Notes under the pieces: model-generated
Database searches by the model: none
Told to the model about the DNA's origin: nothing
The model's input: only the letters and a program-made list of their open reading frames with translations
Origin: a virus
Length of the DNA stretch: 17,705 bases
Reading direction: 5' to 3' (one strand)
Virus record (IMG/VR): IMGVR_UViG_3300045988_119088
Coordinates: 1 to 17,705 of that record
Made by a program: the position numbers and the translations under genes
Shown here: one piece after another, positions 6,205-13,648 of the stretch
Layout of the letters: every line of letters begins with the position of its first letter
Numbering within the stretch: the first letter of the stretch is position 1

Positions 6205-6425
6205 GTACGTCGGATTTACATTCGGGAGCCTTTCCGTATACCAAGCGTCATATCCAGCTTGTAATCAACCAATTGGAGCTGGAAAATCAGCGACTATTAA
6301 ACCCGCATGGCGATAGGATATTATCACCGCATGAAATTTGCGACTTTGACCGAGAGTGCTATTATGCGCATATGTACGCTATTTCATATCTTAAAACGCT
6401 AAAGGATAACATAGATGCATTGTAA
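6201..6425 (+). CDS. Hypothetical protein (74 aa)
   Basis: ATGA coupling with the upstream small ORF. No motifs recognised. Confidence 0.55.
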   Translation: MSTSDLHSGAFPYTKRHIQLVINQLELENQRLLNPHGDRILSPHEICDFDRECYYAHMYAISYLKTLKDNIDAL

Positions 6426-6576
6426 ATTTTCTAATGATTGCTTTACTTGTCCTCTCTCGGATTGCAAATTATCCACTCATTTTTCTATTGCGCATGTGAA
6501 CGAACTTCCCTATGATAAAGAGTACCCAAAAGAACTAAAAGCACAAATCATGCACCAAATAAAAGCCGACAGATAA
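6415..6576 (+). CDS. Small Cys-rich protein, 53 aa (not in the ORF track)
   Basis: Hand-translated as MHCKFSNDCFTCPLSDCKLSTHFSIAHVNELPYDKEYPKELKAQIMHQIKADR. AAGGA RBS 8 nt upstream. It overlaps the previous gene by 11 nt and ends 4 nt before the terminator hairpin. Confidence 0.5.
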   Translation: MHCKFSNDCFTCPLSDCKLSTHFSIAHVNELPYDKEYPKELKAQIMHQIKADR

Positions 6577-6580
6577 AACA

Positions 6581-6612
6581 ATACCCGGTACATAAGTACC
6601 GGGTATTTTATA
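6581..6612. terminator. Bidirectional rho-independent terminator
   Basis: An 11-bp perfect stem, ATACCCGGTAC/GTACCGGGTAT, with loop ATAA. It is followed by TTTTATAT on the + strand and by TGTTTTAT on the - strand, between convergent transcription units. Confidence 0.8.
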
Positions 6613-6727
6613 TCTATAACACGAACTAATGACAAAGCGCTTAGCAATAGCGAGTAACGTAGCAGGCGGTTTCTTTCGCCCGTGCTGCCCTGTACGTTCA
6701 GTGTATTACATTCGTGCAGATATACAA

Positions 6728-7765
6728 TTAATATGATAATGCTTTTAGTATAGCGTCTTTGCATCTAAGGTCTTTAAACCTAAAGCATCCTTTTTCAAAA
6801 TAGAACCGCATGTTACTGATAAATAAATCGTTCTTTTTGAGCATAACGTAATTTACTTGGTGGTCATCCGTAGTAACCGTTATTTTGTATGGGAATGTTT
6901 CATCCGCTTTATCGTCGCAGTAAATGATACCCATTTCGGCATATTCGCGAATAGCATAGTCTGCCCCCATATAACGCAAGGTTCCAAGGTATCGACTATT
7001 GCCAATAGGCTTATCAACAAAAGCCTTATTATCATTAAGATACAATCCCTCATTAGAATAAGCAACATATTTGTTCTCAGCAAATGCCGCATGAAACCGG
7101 CTATTCTTTTGAGCTTGTGCCGCGCTGTCAACAAAGCCCTGTTCAAGTACAAACCCATTGCCGCGAACAAATTTAGTCTTAGCGTCAAGCCTTGAGCAAA
7201 TATTGAACTCAATATAGTAAGGATTAAGCAATGTAACAGGGTTTCCTATCATGTACACAGGAACGTAGCGAGAGTGCGAACCTTGACCGCGCGCTATACT
7301 GTCATGTATAGAAATAAATTTCTGTACCTCGTTAGCGCAATAATGATTAGTCTCACTCTGGAACTCGTCGAAGATAAACATATCGACGTCTGACAAGAGA
7401 TGAGAATATTTCTTTATCTGGTCTGCCTGATTAAGAGCAACGGCGTAACCGCAGCTTTCCTCGTTGAGAAACAGCTCAGTATACACACCCTTAGCTCTCG
7501 GCTTAGAAGTCATAACGTCATCAGGGAAAAACAAACCCTTGATATCTTTAAAGAATTTATCATGGCATTCTGAAAGCTCATAGTTAAAGCGATAAATTAG
7601 ACAGAATTTGCGTATTTGTTTGCGCTTATATCTATTGACTGCAAGCCTATTGAACCATGTGGTTTTACCGGCAGACCTATTAGACGTACACATAAATATT
7701 TCAGGCGTACAGCCGTCAAGGTCTTTCAAAGACAGTAGCTTTGTCCCATCATAAAAATCTGACAT
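6728..7765 (-). CDS. DNA encapsidation (packaging) ATPase, phi29 gp16-like (345 aa)
   Basis: Walker A SNRSAGKTT and Walker B DMFIFDEF. IGNPVTLLNPYYIEFNI resembles recalled gp16 LSNAVSVVNPYFLFFNL. Length is similar to gp16 (332 aa). It is the only minus-strand gene. Confidence 0.85.
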   Translation of the reverse strand: MSDFYDGTKLLSLKDLDGCTPEIFMCTSNRSAGKTTWFNRLAVNRYKRKQIRKFCLIYRFNYELSECHDKFFKDIKGLFFPDDVMTSKPRAKGVYTELFLNEESCGYAVALNQADQIKKYSHLLSDVDMFIFDEFQSETNHYCANEVQKFISIHDSIARGQGSHSRYVPVYMIGNPVTLLNPYYIEFNICSRLDAKTKFVRGNGFVLEQGFVDSAAQAQKNSRFHAAFAENKYVAYSNEGLYLNDNKAFVDKPIGNSRYLGTLRYMGADYAIREYAEMGIIYCDDKADETFPYKITVTTDDHQVNYVMLKKNDLFISNMRFYFEKGCFRFKDLRCKDAILKALSY

Positions 7766-7818
7766 AGTGGCGGATTTGTCACCTCTTTGTAACTAATTAT
7801 TTCAACTTTCTATTATTA

Positions 7819-7847
7819 ATTATAGCATACCTATTGACAAATGTCAA
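7819..7847 (-). promoter_or_regulatory. Consensus sigma-A promoter for the ATPase gene (TTGACA-17 nt-TGcTATAAT on the minus strand)
   Basis: The reverse complement of 7842-7847 is TTGACA. The reverse complement of 7819-7827 is TGCTATAAT. The spacer is 17 nt. Confidence 0.75.
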
Positions 7848-7862
7848 GCCTTTTGCTATAAT
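7834..7862 (+). promoter_or_regulatory. Consensus sigma-A promoter P3 for the right-arm (lysis plus structural) operon
   Basis: TTGACA at 7834-7839, a 17-nt spacer, and TGcTATAAT at 7854-7862. Its -35 lies 2 bp from the -35 of the divergent promoter. Confidence 0.8.
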
Positions 7863-7880
7863 TAAATAGAGGTGAAAAGC

Positions 7881-8087
7881 ATGACTTTAGAGCAAATTTG
7901 TGAGTCCTTGAGAGTTGATATTGCGTCTCATAAAAAGCGCGTCGCTGAACTCACGCCACAACTAAATGATTTTGAATTAACTACAGGTGATAAGCAGCGA
8001 CTTTATAAGCGCATTATGCAGCTCAATTGGATGATATCAGAAATGCAACAGAGCCTTTACACCTTAGAACATTATTATGAGGGGTGA
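7881..8087 (+). CDS. Hypothetical coiled-coil protein (68 aa)
   Basis: I prefer the ATG at 7881 (GAGGTG 6 nt upstream) over the track's GTG at 7872. Confidence 0.6.
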   Translation: MTLEQICESLRVDIASHKKRVAELTPQLNDFELTTGDKQRLYKRIMQLNWMISEMQQSLYTLEHYYEG

Positions 8088-8347
8088 TATCATTGATAGT
8101 ATATCCGAACCCAGATAGCTGGGATGAGTTTTACCCAAGTGAAATTTTTATTGCACTGGGCACAGACGAGGATATTAGCACTGCTATCAACGCGTTTGTA
8201 AAGGTCAATATTGGAGCTAATATTCTTATAGGCGAGAACGCAACCAAAAGCCAAACATACAAAAAGGTGGGGGAGATTGAATCTGTAGCCGACATGCCTT
8301 CAAATCTGGTTCTTTTGAGTACAGCTGTCGCGACGAGCACTAATTAG
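8084..8347 (+). CDS. Hypothetical protein (about 84-87 aa)
   Basis: The GTG at 8084 overlaps the previous stop (GTGA). An alternative TTG at 8093 has better spacing from GAGGGGTGA. No motifs recognised. Confidence 0.5.
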   Translation: MISLIVYPNPDSWDEFYPSEIFIALGTDEDISTAINAFVKVNIGANILIGENATKSQTYKKVGEIESVADMPSNLVLLSTAVATSTN

Positions 8348-8360
8348 GGGGGGTGAGAAT

Positions 8361-8615
8361 ATGGATGCAATAGTTTCAATTATTTCAAGTGTGGGCTTTC
8401 CTATTGCAATGTGCCTTGTTCTTCTCTGGTATATCAACAAGAAAGATGAACAGTATGTGAATCAGCTTACAGAAATGGAAAACGAACTGGACAGCGTTAA
8501 AATGGACACGACTAAAGCGCTAGTTGAGGTGAACACATCGCTGATGAATAATACGCGAGTTATTGAGCGAAACACCGAAGTGCTTGATAATATCAGTAAA
8601 AAGTTAGGTGATTAA
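8361..8615 (+). CDS. Holin-like protein, BhlA/UviB-type architecture (84 aa)
   Basis: A single N-terminal TM segment (VGFPIAMCLVLLWYI) followed by a charged coiled coil. It sits directly upstream of the amidase and has a strong G-rich RBS. Confidence 0.6.
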   Translation: MDAIVSIISSVGFPIAMCLVLLWYINKKDEQYVNQLTEMENELDSVKMDTTKALVEVNTSLMNNTRVIERNTEVLDNISKKLGD

Positions 8616-9308
8616 ATGAAAGTCTATTTATCTCCGTCAGGGCAGACTTATAACAAGTATGCCTATGGCAATACTACAGAAGCAGACCAGTGCGAAAAGA
8701 TAGGCATGGCGTGTGAGGAAGCACTTAAACGTTCAGGAGTGAATGTTAAGCGCGCCCCCAAAACCCAGCATACTGACGATAACATAAAGGAGTCAAACGC
8801 ATGGGGAGCTGATTATCACATATGCATTCACACTAACGCAATAGGCGGTGATAACAGCAAGCCAACTGCTGAGGGGTGTGTTATCTTCACAGCAAAAGCT
8901 AATGTAAATTCTACGATGCCGCATGTAATCCTTGACGAGCTGCAAACCTTGAAAGGAAAAACCTCACCGTATGGAGTACGCGCGCACAGTGGGCTTTATG
9001 AAATTAACGCAAGCCGAGCTAAGTGCATATACATTGAAGTAGAATTTCATGACAATGCTAAGCTTGCTAAATGGATTATCGAGAACACCACTAAAATAGG
9101 TGAGGCCATAGCAAAAGGAGTGTGTAAAGCATTGGCTATTGAGTATAAGCCAAAGGTAAAAACCCTTAACCCCGAAATGGAAAAATACAAAACCCTCGCC
9201 ATTAAAAAGGGCGTTGTAAAGGGTTATGGAAACGGCGAATATGGGTGGAAAGACCCTGTAACTAGAGAGCAGCTTGTCACCATATTAGGCCGACTCGGGT
9301 TGATTTAA
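8616..9308 (+). CDS. Endolysin: N-acetylmuramoyl-L-alanine amidase (Amidase_3-like) with a single C-terminal SLH-like motif
   Basis: VYLSPSGQ...NTTEADQ...ADYHICIHTNA...CIYIEVEFHDN fits the Amidase_3 pattern, including its metal ligands. The C-terminus KGVVKGYGNGEYGWKDPVTREQLVTILGRL fits the SLH consensus. Confidence 0.8.
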   Translation: MKVYLSPSGQTYNKYAYGNTTEADQCEKIGMACEEALKRSGVNVKRAPKTQHTDDNIKESNAWGADYHICIHTNAIGGDNSKPTAEGCVIFTAKANVNSTMPHVILDELQTLKGKTSPYGVRAHSGLYEINASRAKCIYIEVEFHDNAKLAKWIIENTTKIGEAIAKGVCKALAIEYKPKVKTLNPEMEKYKTLAIKKGVVKGYGNGEYGWKDPVTREQLVTILGRLGLI

Positions 9309-10072
9309 TGGCTAGCTACCTATATTCACCCTATGAAGCGTTAATATGGAAACTGCTTTTTAATGAGTTTCATAATGCGTTTGCTGTCGCTGGAATGATG
9401 GGGTGGATGGTGGGGGAAAGTGGCCTGTACCCGTACAGATGCGAAAACGATTATACGGGGCACCCCTTTACCCCGTCGGCAACTATAACGCGACGTTTTG
9501 ACCGTTTAGGATTAAATGAAACAGGGCAGTTTTCAGGTGACTATAATGGGGTATGGATTAATGATAATCTATACGCTCAATACTGGGTTGTAAACGGGCG
9601 GCGTTATGGCGGCGGTTACGGCTTAGCGCAATGGACGGAAAGCGGAATAGGCTCACGAAAATACAGAATGTATGAATACTGGAAAACGCGCTATCGCGCA
9701 GGAGACAGGCATTCAATAGGTGACGCTCATTTCCAAATTAAATGGCTCGTCCATGAAATGAAAACGTGGTATTCTGGCACTTACACAGCATTAAAGCGCG
9801 TTAATGACGTTAGACGTGCTATGTATATTTACGGCCTCAATTATGAGATTGATGGTAATGTGGCATGGACTAATCAAATCGTCGCAGACCGTATTTATTA
9901 TGGGATAAACCTTTACAATAAGTATTCGGGCGCAACGCCTGTTGACCCCCCTGACCCCGGTATTCCTGTACCGCCTGACCCCGACCCTAGCCCTGACCCG
10001 ATACCCCCTGAACCTGGCCAACCTGATACAGCAAGAATGCCGTTATGGATGCTAATTGATTATAACAGATAG
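9308..10072 (+). CDS. Phage tail-lysozyme-like peptidoglycan hydrolase with a Pro/Asp-rich C-terminal tail (254 aa)
   Basis: AVAGMMGWMVGESGLYP and GGGYGLAQWT match the Phage_lysozyme2-type motifs (AGilGN..ESg, GlaQWt). The tail is PVDPPDPGIPVPPDPDPSPDPIPPEPGQPD. Possibly a functional analogue of phi29 gp13. Confidence 0.6.
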   Translation: MASYLYSPYEALIWKLLFNEFHNAFAVAGMMGWMVGESGLYPYRCENDYTGHPFTPSATITRRFDRLGLNETGQFSGDYNGVWINDNLYAQYWVVNGRRYGGGYGLAQWTESGIGSRKYRMYEYWKTRYRAGDRHSIGDAHFQIKWLVHEMKTWYSGTYTALKRVNDVRRAMYIYGLNYEIDGNVAWTNQIVADRIYYGINLYNKYSGATPVDPPDPGIPVPPDPDPSPDPIPPEPGQPDTARMPLWMLIDYNR

Positions 10073-10080
10073 GAGACTAT

Positions 10081-10368
10081 ATGCCAAAACTTGAACGTGA
10101 CGCTTTTATGGAAAGAATAAAAGCAATTGTCGGAGAAGCAACAGACGACGATGCATTGTCGTTTATTGCTGATATGACAGATACCTATGACGGGCTTGCT
10201 CAGCCGTCAGACTGGGAAGAAAAATATAACACTGAGCATGCGGCGCATGAAGCGCTGAGAAAAGAGTATCGTGATAGGTTTTTCTCGGGTGGTGGAAACC
10301 CCCCGCCTGACCCTGAGCCTGATAAGCCCGGAGCAGAAGAAATAACTTACGAAGATTTATTTAAGTAA
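10081..10368 (+). CDS. Scaffolding protein (phi29 gp7-like position and size, 95 aa)
   Basis: It lies directly upstream of the major capsid gene. It is acidic and helical, 95 aa versus about 98 aa in phi29. TAGGAGA RBS. Confidence 0.6.
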   Translation: MPKLERDAFMERIKAIVGEATDDDALSFIADMTDTYDGLAQPSDWEEKYNTEHAAHEALRKEYRDRFFSGGGNPPPDPEPDKPGAEEITYEDLFK

Positions 10369-10380
10369 AGGAGAAAAATT

Positions 10381-11745
10381 ATGCCTACTAAACCTCATAT
10401 TGCAACACTCGTGAATAACACTCAGGATATCCTGAATGCTATTCGCAACAACGCAAGTATCAATTATCAGAACTATGTGCCTGTAGCGACTAATGACCCC
10501 GAGAGCATTCGCGAAATTGGCTCGGTTATCATGTCTTACGCAGGACTCCAGAACGAATTTCTGTCTGCACTCGTTAATCGAATTGGCAGGGTTATTCTTA
10601 CCTCTCGTACATACCAGAACCCGTGGGCAATGTTCAAAAAAGGCTTCCTTGAGTTTGGCGAAACCATTGAAGAAATTTTTGCGAACCTTGCAAAGCCGTT
10701 TACCTTTGACCCCGACATCGCCGAAAAGGAAGTTTTCAAGCGCGAAATTCCCGATGTTCGCACTGCGTATCACGTTCTGAACTATCAGAAGTTTTACAAA
10801 GCTACAGTGTCTCAGGAACAGCTCCGACAGGCGTTTCTTTCCTATCAGGGAGTCACCGACCTTATTGCTGCAATCGTTGACAGTATGTACACGGCAGCAA
10901 ATTATGATGAATTCATTACCATGAAATATATGCTTGCAAAGCGTATACTTAATGGGCAGATGTTCCCTGTAACTATCCCAACAGTTAATGCAGCTAATAT
11001 GAAGTCCATTATTTCCGTTATTAACGGCGTTTCAAACCAGATGACTTTCCTCTCGTCTGAGTACAACCTTGCAAGCGTCTACAAGGCAAGCAAGAAAGAG
11101 GAACAGTATGTTCTTGTCGATGCCCAGTTTGCCGCGACTATGGACGTTGAAGTCCTCGCCGCTGCGTTCAACATGAGCAAAGCCGAGTTCATGGGACACG
11201 TTGTCATGATTGACGGTTTCGGTAAGCTTGACATTGCTCGACTGAATGAGCTGTTTTATGGCGATGACACCTATGAGGAAATAAGCGCCGCAAATCTTAC
11301 CGCGCTTAATGCAATCCCTGCTGTACTTGTTGATGAGGATTGGTTTATGATTTTCGATAACCTGATGCAGTTTACAGAGCAGTACAACGGACAGGGGCTG
11401 TATTGGAACTACTTCTATCATGTGTGGAAAACATTCTCCGTTTCCCCGTTCGCTAACAACGCACTGTTCATACCCGGAACTCCGACAGTCACGGCAGTTA
11501 CGGTTAACCCGTCTACTGCTACCATTGCCAAGGGTCATTCTATGCAGCTTACGGCCAATGTCACCACAACTAACTTTGCTCCCAAATCGGTTAATTGGAC
11601 TTCCACTAGTGATACTGTCACGGTTGACGCTGCTGGTATTGTCACTGTCCTTGATACAGCTACGCCGGCTGCTAAAGTTAAAATCCGGGCAACTTCCACT
11701 TTTGATAGCACTAAGTATGCCGAGTGCGAAGTTACCATTGGTTAA
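10381..11745 (+). CDS. Major capsid protein with a C-terminal bacterial Ig-like (BIG2) domain (454 aa)
   Basis: AAAGGAGA RBS, and size is similar to phi29 gp8 (448 aa). The C-terminal ~85 aa (VTAVTVNPSTATIAKGHSMQLTANV...VNWTSTSDTVTVDAAGIVTV...) are a typical BIG2 fold sequence, as in gp8. Confidence 0.85.
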   Translation: MPTKPHIATLVNNTQDILNAIRNNASINYQNYVPVATNDPESIREIGSVIMSYAGLQNEFLSALVNRIGRVILTSRTYQNPWAMFKKGFLEFGETIEEIFANLAKPFTFDPDIAEKEVFKREIPDVRTAYHVLNYQKFYKATVSQEQLRQAFLSYQGVTDLIAAIVDSMYTAANYDEFITMKYMLAKRILNGQMFPVTIPTVNAANMKSIISVINGVSNQMTFLSSEYNLASVYKASKKEEQYVLVDAQFAATMDVEVLAAAFNMSKAEFMGHVVMIDGFGKLDIARLNELFYGDDTYEEISAANLTALNAIPAVLVDEDWFMIFDNLMQFTEQYNGQGLYWNYFYHVWKTFSVSPFANNALFIPGTPTVTAVTVNPSTATIAKGHSMQLTANVTTTNFAPKSVNWTSTSDTVTVDAAGIVTVLDTATPAAKVKIRATSTFDSTKYAECEVTIG

Positions 11746-11749
11746 TATA

Positions 11750-11771
11750 GTGGGGAGCTTTTGCTCCCCAC
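11750..11771 (+). terminator. Hairpin (9-bp stem, TTTT loop) after the capsid gene, with no U-tract
   Basis: GTGGGGAGC-TTTT-GCTCCCCAC lies 5 nt after the capsid stop codon. It is followed by ACCTGAAAAGG, which contains the RBS of the next gene. Confidence 0.45.
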
Positions 11772-11792
11772 ACCTGAAAAGGTGGTGTTCAA

Positions 11793-13634
11793 ATGTATAT
11801 AGAACCTAATAGTGAAGTGTACTTACTAGAAAATATCCCACTTGACCCAACATACGAACATACAATTCTGTTTAAGTCTGCTAACGCGCAACGCGATTGG
11901 TTTAAGAAATGGGCTATTGTTCATTTATCAAGTCAGTCTTACGTTAGAGCCGATGCGGGAAGAATGCGCATAAATCGTTCAGCGGATAAATTATATAGTT
12001 GCAACTATATAATGTTTCAAAATACCTCATACGGTAACAAATGGTTTTATGCCTTTGTTACTAGCGTTAGCTATATAAGCAATGAGGTCTGCGAAATTAG
12101 CTGGACTATTGACCCACTGCAAACATGGCACTTTGAGTATGAGCTAGAAACTTGCTTTATCGAGAGGCAGCATACACCAACTGATAATTACGGAGAACAT
12201 ATCATTGATGAGGGGCTTGAGATTGGCGATGTAGTTAATTCGGGCTACATTATCTCCCCCGGATGGGACGACTATTCTGTTTGCGTAGTCACGGCCTTTG
12301 ACCCTAATTCCGTAGAGGCCGGGGATTTTAGCGTGAGTAAAGGCGGCTTTTATTCATATATCTACTCGGGCCTTAACATTGCTGTATTCCCTGCCGATGG
12401 TGGTGGCTCGGCTGGAACAGGTAGCATTGAGACTAAACTAGACGCATTCCTTAGAGAGATAAACGAAAACAACCGCACATCGAGTGTATTAGCTGTATTT
12501 ATGTGCCCGTCTTTTATGGTTCAGGAAAAACAGCCCACCGCTTTAGGGGACTTTTCTAAGCCGTTATCGCGCAATATTGACATAACACGCCCCTATGGCA
12601 ACGCGTTCGGGTACGCGAATAAAGACGGTTCATACTATCCCAAAAATAAAAAATTATATTCATATCCGTACTCGGCTTTAATGGTGACAAATGGCGATGG
12701 CGACAGTAAGATATACAGGTGGGAAAATTTTGTTAGCACTGACGGCAAAAATGTTTCATTTAACGAGGCGTTTATTTTTGGCGCTTCCCCTACTGCCTGT
12801 ACAATGCCAGTATATTATGGTCAAGATGGATTTTATAGATTCCTATCACTTAAAGACCCTGATGTGAATAAATACCGGTTGATAACTAACCCCGATGAAG
12901 CGCTTGTAATGAATGACTTTGTTACTTGTGCATATGCAGTTGACGCTTATCGTGCATGGTTGGCTCAGAAAAAAGCAGTTCTGCCGTATGAAATAGCCTC
13001 GCAGTATATTGCAAATGCGCCCTTGCGCTTTAATGCAATTCAAGCTATGACGGGTATGGCTGGGTCTAGTATACCCGGATTTACTGGGCGTAATTTAGGC
13101 GGTGGAGACCCCCTCGGTCTGGTGACTGGTACAGCGTTGACCCCATATTCGGCTGGTGCTGCCGCTGCGCCTGTTGGCGGTGGAGCAGGCGCAGGAGCTA
13201 TTGCTAAGGCTGGGCTTGCGGCTGGTGGCGCTTCATTGCTTATTAACACGGCTGGGGTTGTGCTTAATCAAATGGCTCAATTTGCAGCGGCTAAACTGCT
13301 CCCAGAGGGCATTAACGGTACAATAGCTGGCAACGGTTATAGTACAGCAATGCGCACTAAGCGCTTTACATATATACAGAGACAAATCAAAGCCGAGTAT
13401 GCCGAGATTATCGACAAATATTTTACCATGTTTGGGTACAAAATAAACAAGGTTGGTATACCGTCTAGGAATGCAAGGCCACATTGGACGTTTGTTAAAA
13501 CGACTAACTGCCAAATCAGGGGCAAACTCCCGGCTGACGATGCCAAATTTATCTGCGATATCTACAACCACGGTATTACATGGTGGAATAACGGGGATGA
13601 GGTCGGGAATTATTATCTTGATAATACAGTTTGA
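11793..13634 (+). CDS. Tail knob / distal tube protein, phi29 gp9-like (613 aa)
   Basis: DKLYSCNYIMFQNTSYGNKWFYAFVT matches recalled gp9 DKLYSASYIMFQNADYGNKWFYAFVT. The C-terminus FGYKINKV...NHGITWWNNGDEVGNYY matches YGYKINRV...DNGITLWHTDNIGNYS. A Gly/Ala-rich hydrophobic loop lies at about 13089-13300. Confidence 0.92.
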   Translation: MYIEPNSEVYLLENIPLDPTYEHTILFKSANAQRDWFKKWAIVHLSSQSYVRADAGRMRINRSADKLYSCNYIMFQNTSYGNKWFYAFVTSVSYISNEVCEISWTIDPLQTWHFEYELETCFIERQHTPTDNYGEHIIDEGLEIGDVVNSGYIISPGWDDYSVCVVTAFDPNSVEAGDFSVSKGGFYSYIYSGLNIAVFPADGGGSAGTGSIETKLDAFLREINENNRTSSVLAVFMCPSFMVQEKQPTALGDFSKPLSRNIDITRPYGNAFGYANKDGSYYPKNKKLYSYPYSALMVTNGDGDSKIYRWENFVSTDGKNVSFNEAFIFGASPTACTMPVYYGQDGFYRFLSLKDPDVNKYRLITNPDEALVMNDFVTCAYAVDAYRAWLAQKKAVLPYEIASQYIANAPLRFNAIQAMTGMAGSSIPGFTGRNLGGGDPLGLVTGTALTPYSAGAAAAPVGGGAGAGAIAKAGLAAGGASLLINTAGVVLNQMAQFAAAKLLPEGINGTIAGNGYSTAMRTKRFTYIQRQIKAEYAEIIDKYFTMFGYKINKVGIPSRNARPHWTFVKTTNCQIRGKLPADDAKFICDIYNHGITWWNNGDEVGNYYLDNTV

Positions 13635-13648
13635 AAGTAGGTGATACA

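Noticed and set aside
6053-6316. The 87-aa ORF from the track (TTG start).
   Set aside because: It has no Shine-Dalgarno site and a non-ATG start. It overlaps two better-supported ORFs: 6037-6204, with a GGGAGGA RBS and ATGA coupling, and 6201-6425.
6510-6764. A minus-strand 84-aa ORF across the convergent intergenic region.
   Set aside because: It spans the bidirectional terminator hairpin and overlaps the ATPase stop. It has no RBS. The region is better explained by the + strand 53-aa ORF plus the terminator and 3' UTR.
8347-8353. A G7 homopolymer just upstream of the holin gene as a possible phase-variable tract.
   Set aside because: It lies 5' of the GGTGAG core of the RBS, so length changes would not alter the SD-ATG spacing or any reading frame. 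It is probably just part of a strong SD.
9940-10030. Apparent DNA-level repeats of CCTGACCC/CCCGACCC, with a similar stretch at 10296-10325.
   Set aside because: They are imperfect and simply encode Pro-Asp-Pro low-complexity linkers in two proteins. They are not a tandem repeat array or a CRISPR-like structure.
10357-10773. Long antisense ORFs inside large genes (660-1079, 10357-10773, 11032-11538, 13233-13655, 14463-14933, 14988-15353, 16800-17237, 6857-7195 and others).
   Set aside because: They are shadow ORFs opposite confidently identified genes. They have no RBS and no promoter, and their translated composition is implausible.
13631-13648. N-terminal extensions using TTG/GTG starts proposed by the track (13631, 14475, 7872, 2544).
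   Set aside because: In each case an in-frame ATG a few codons downstream has a properly spaced GGAGG/AGGTG-type RBS, whereas the upstream alternative start has none.
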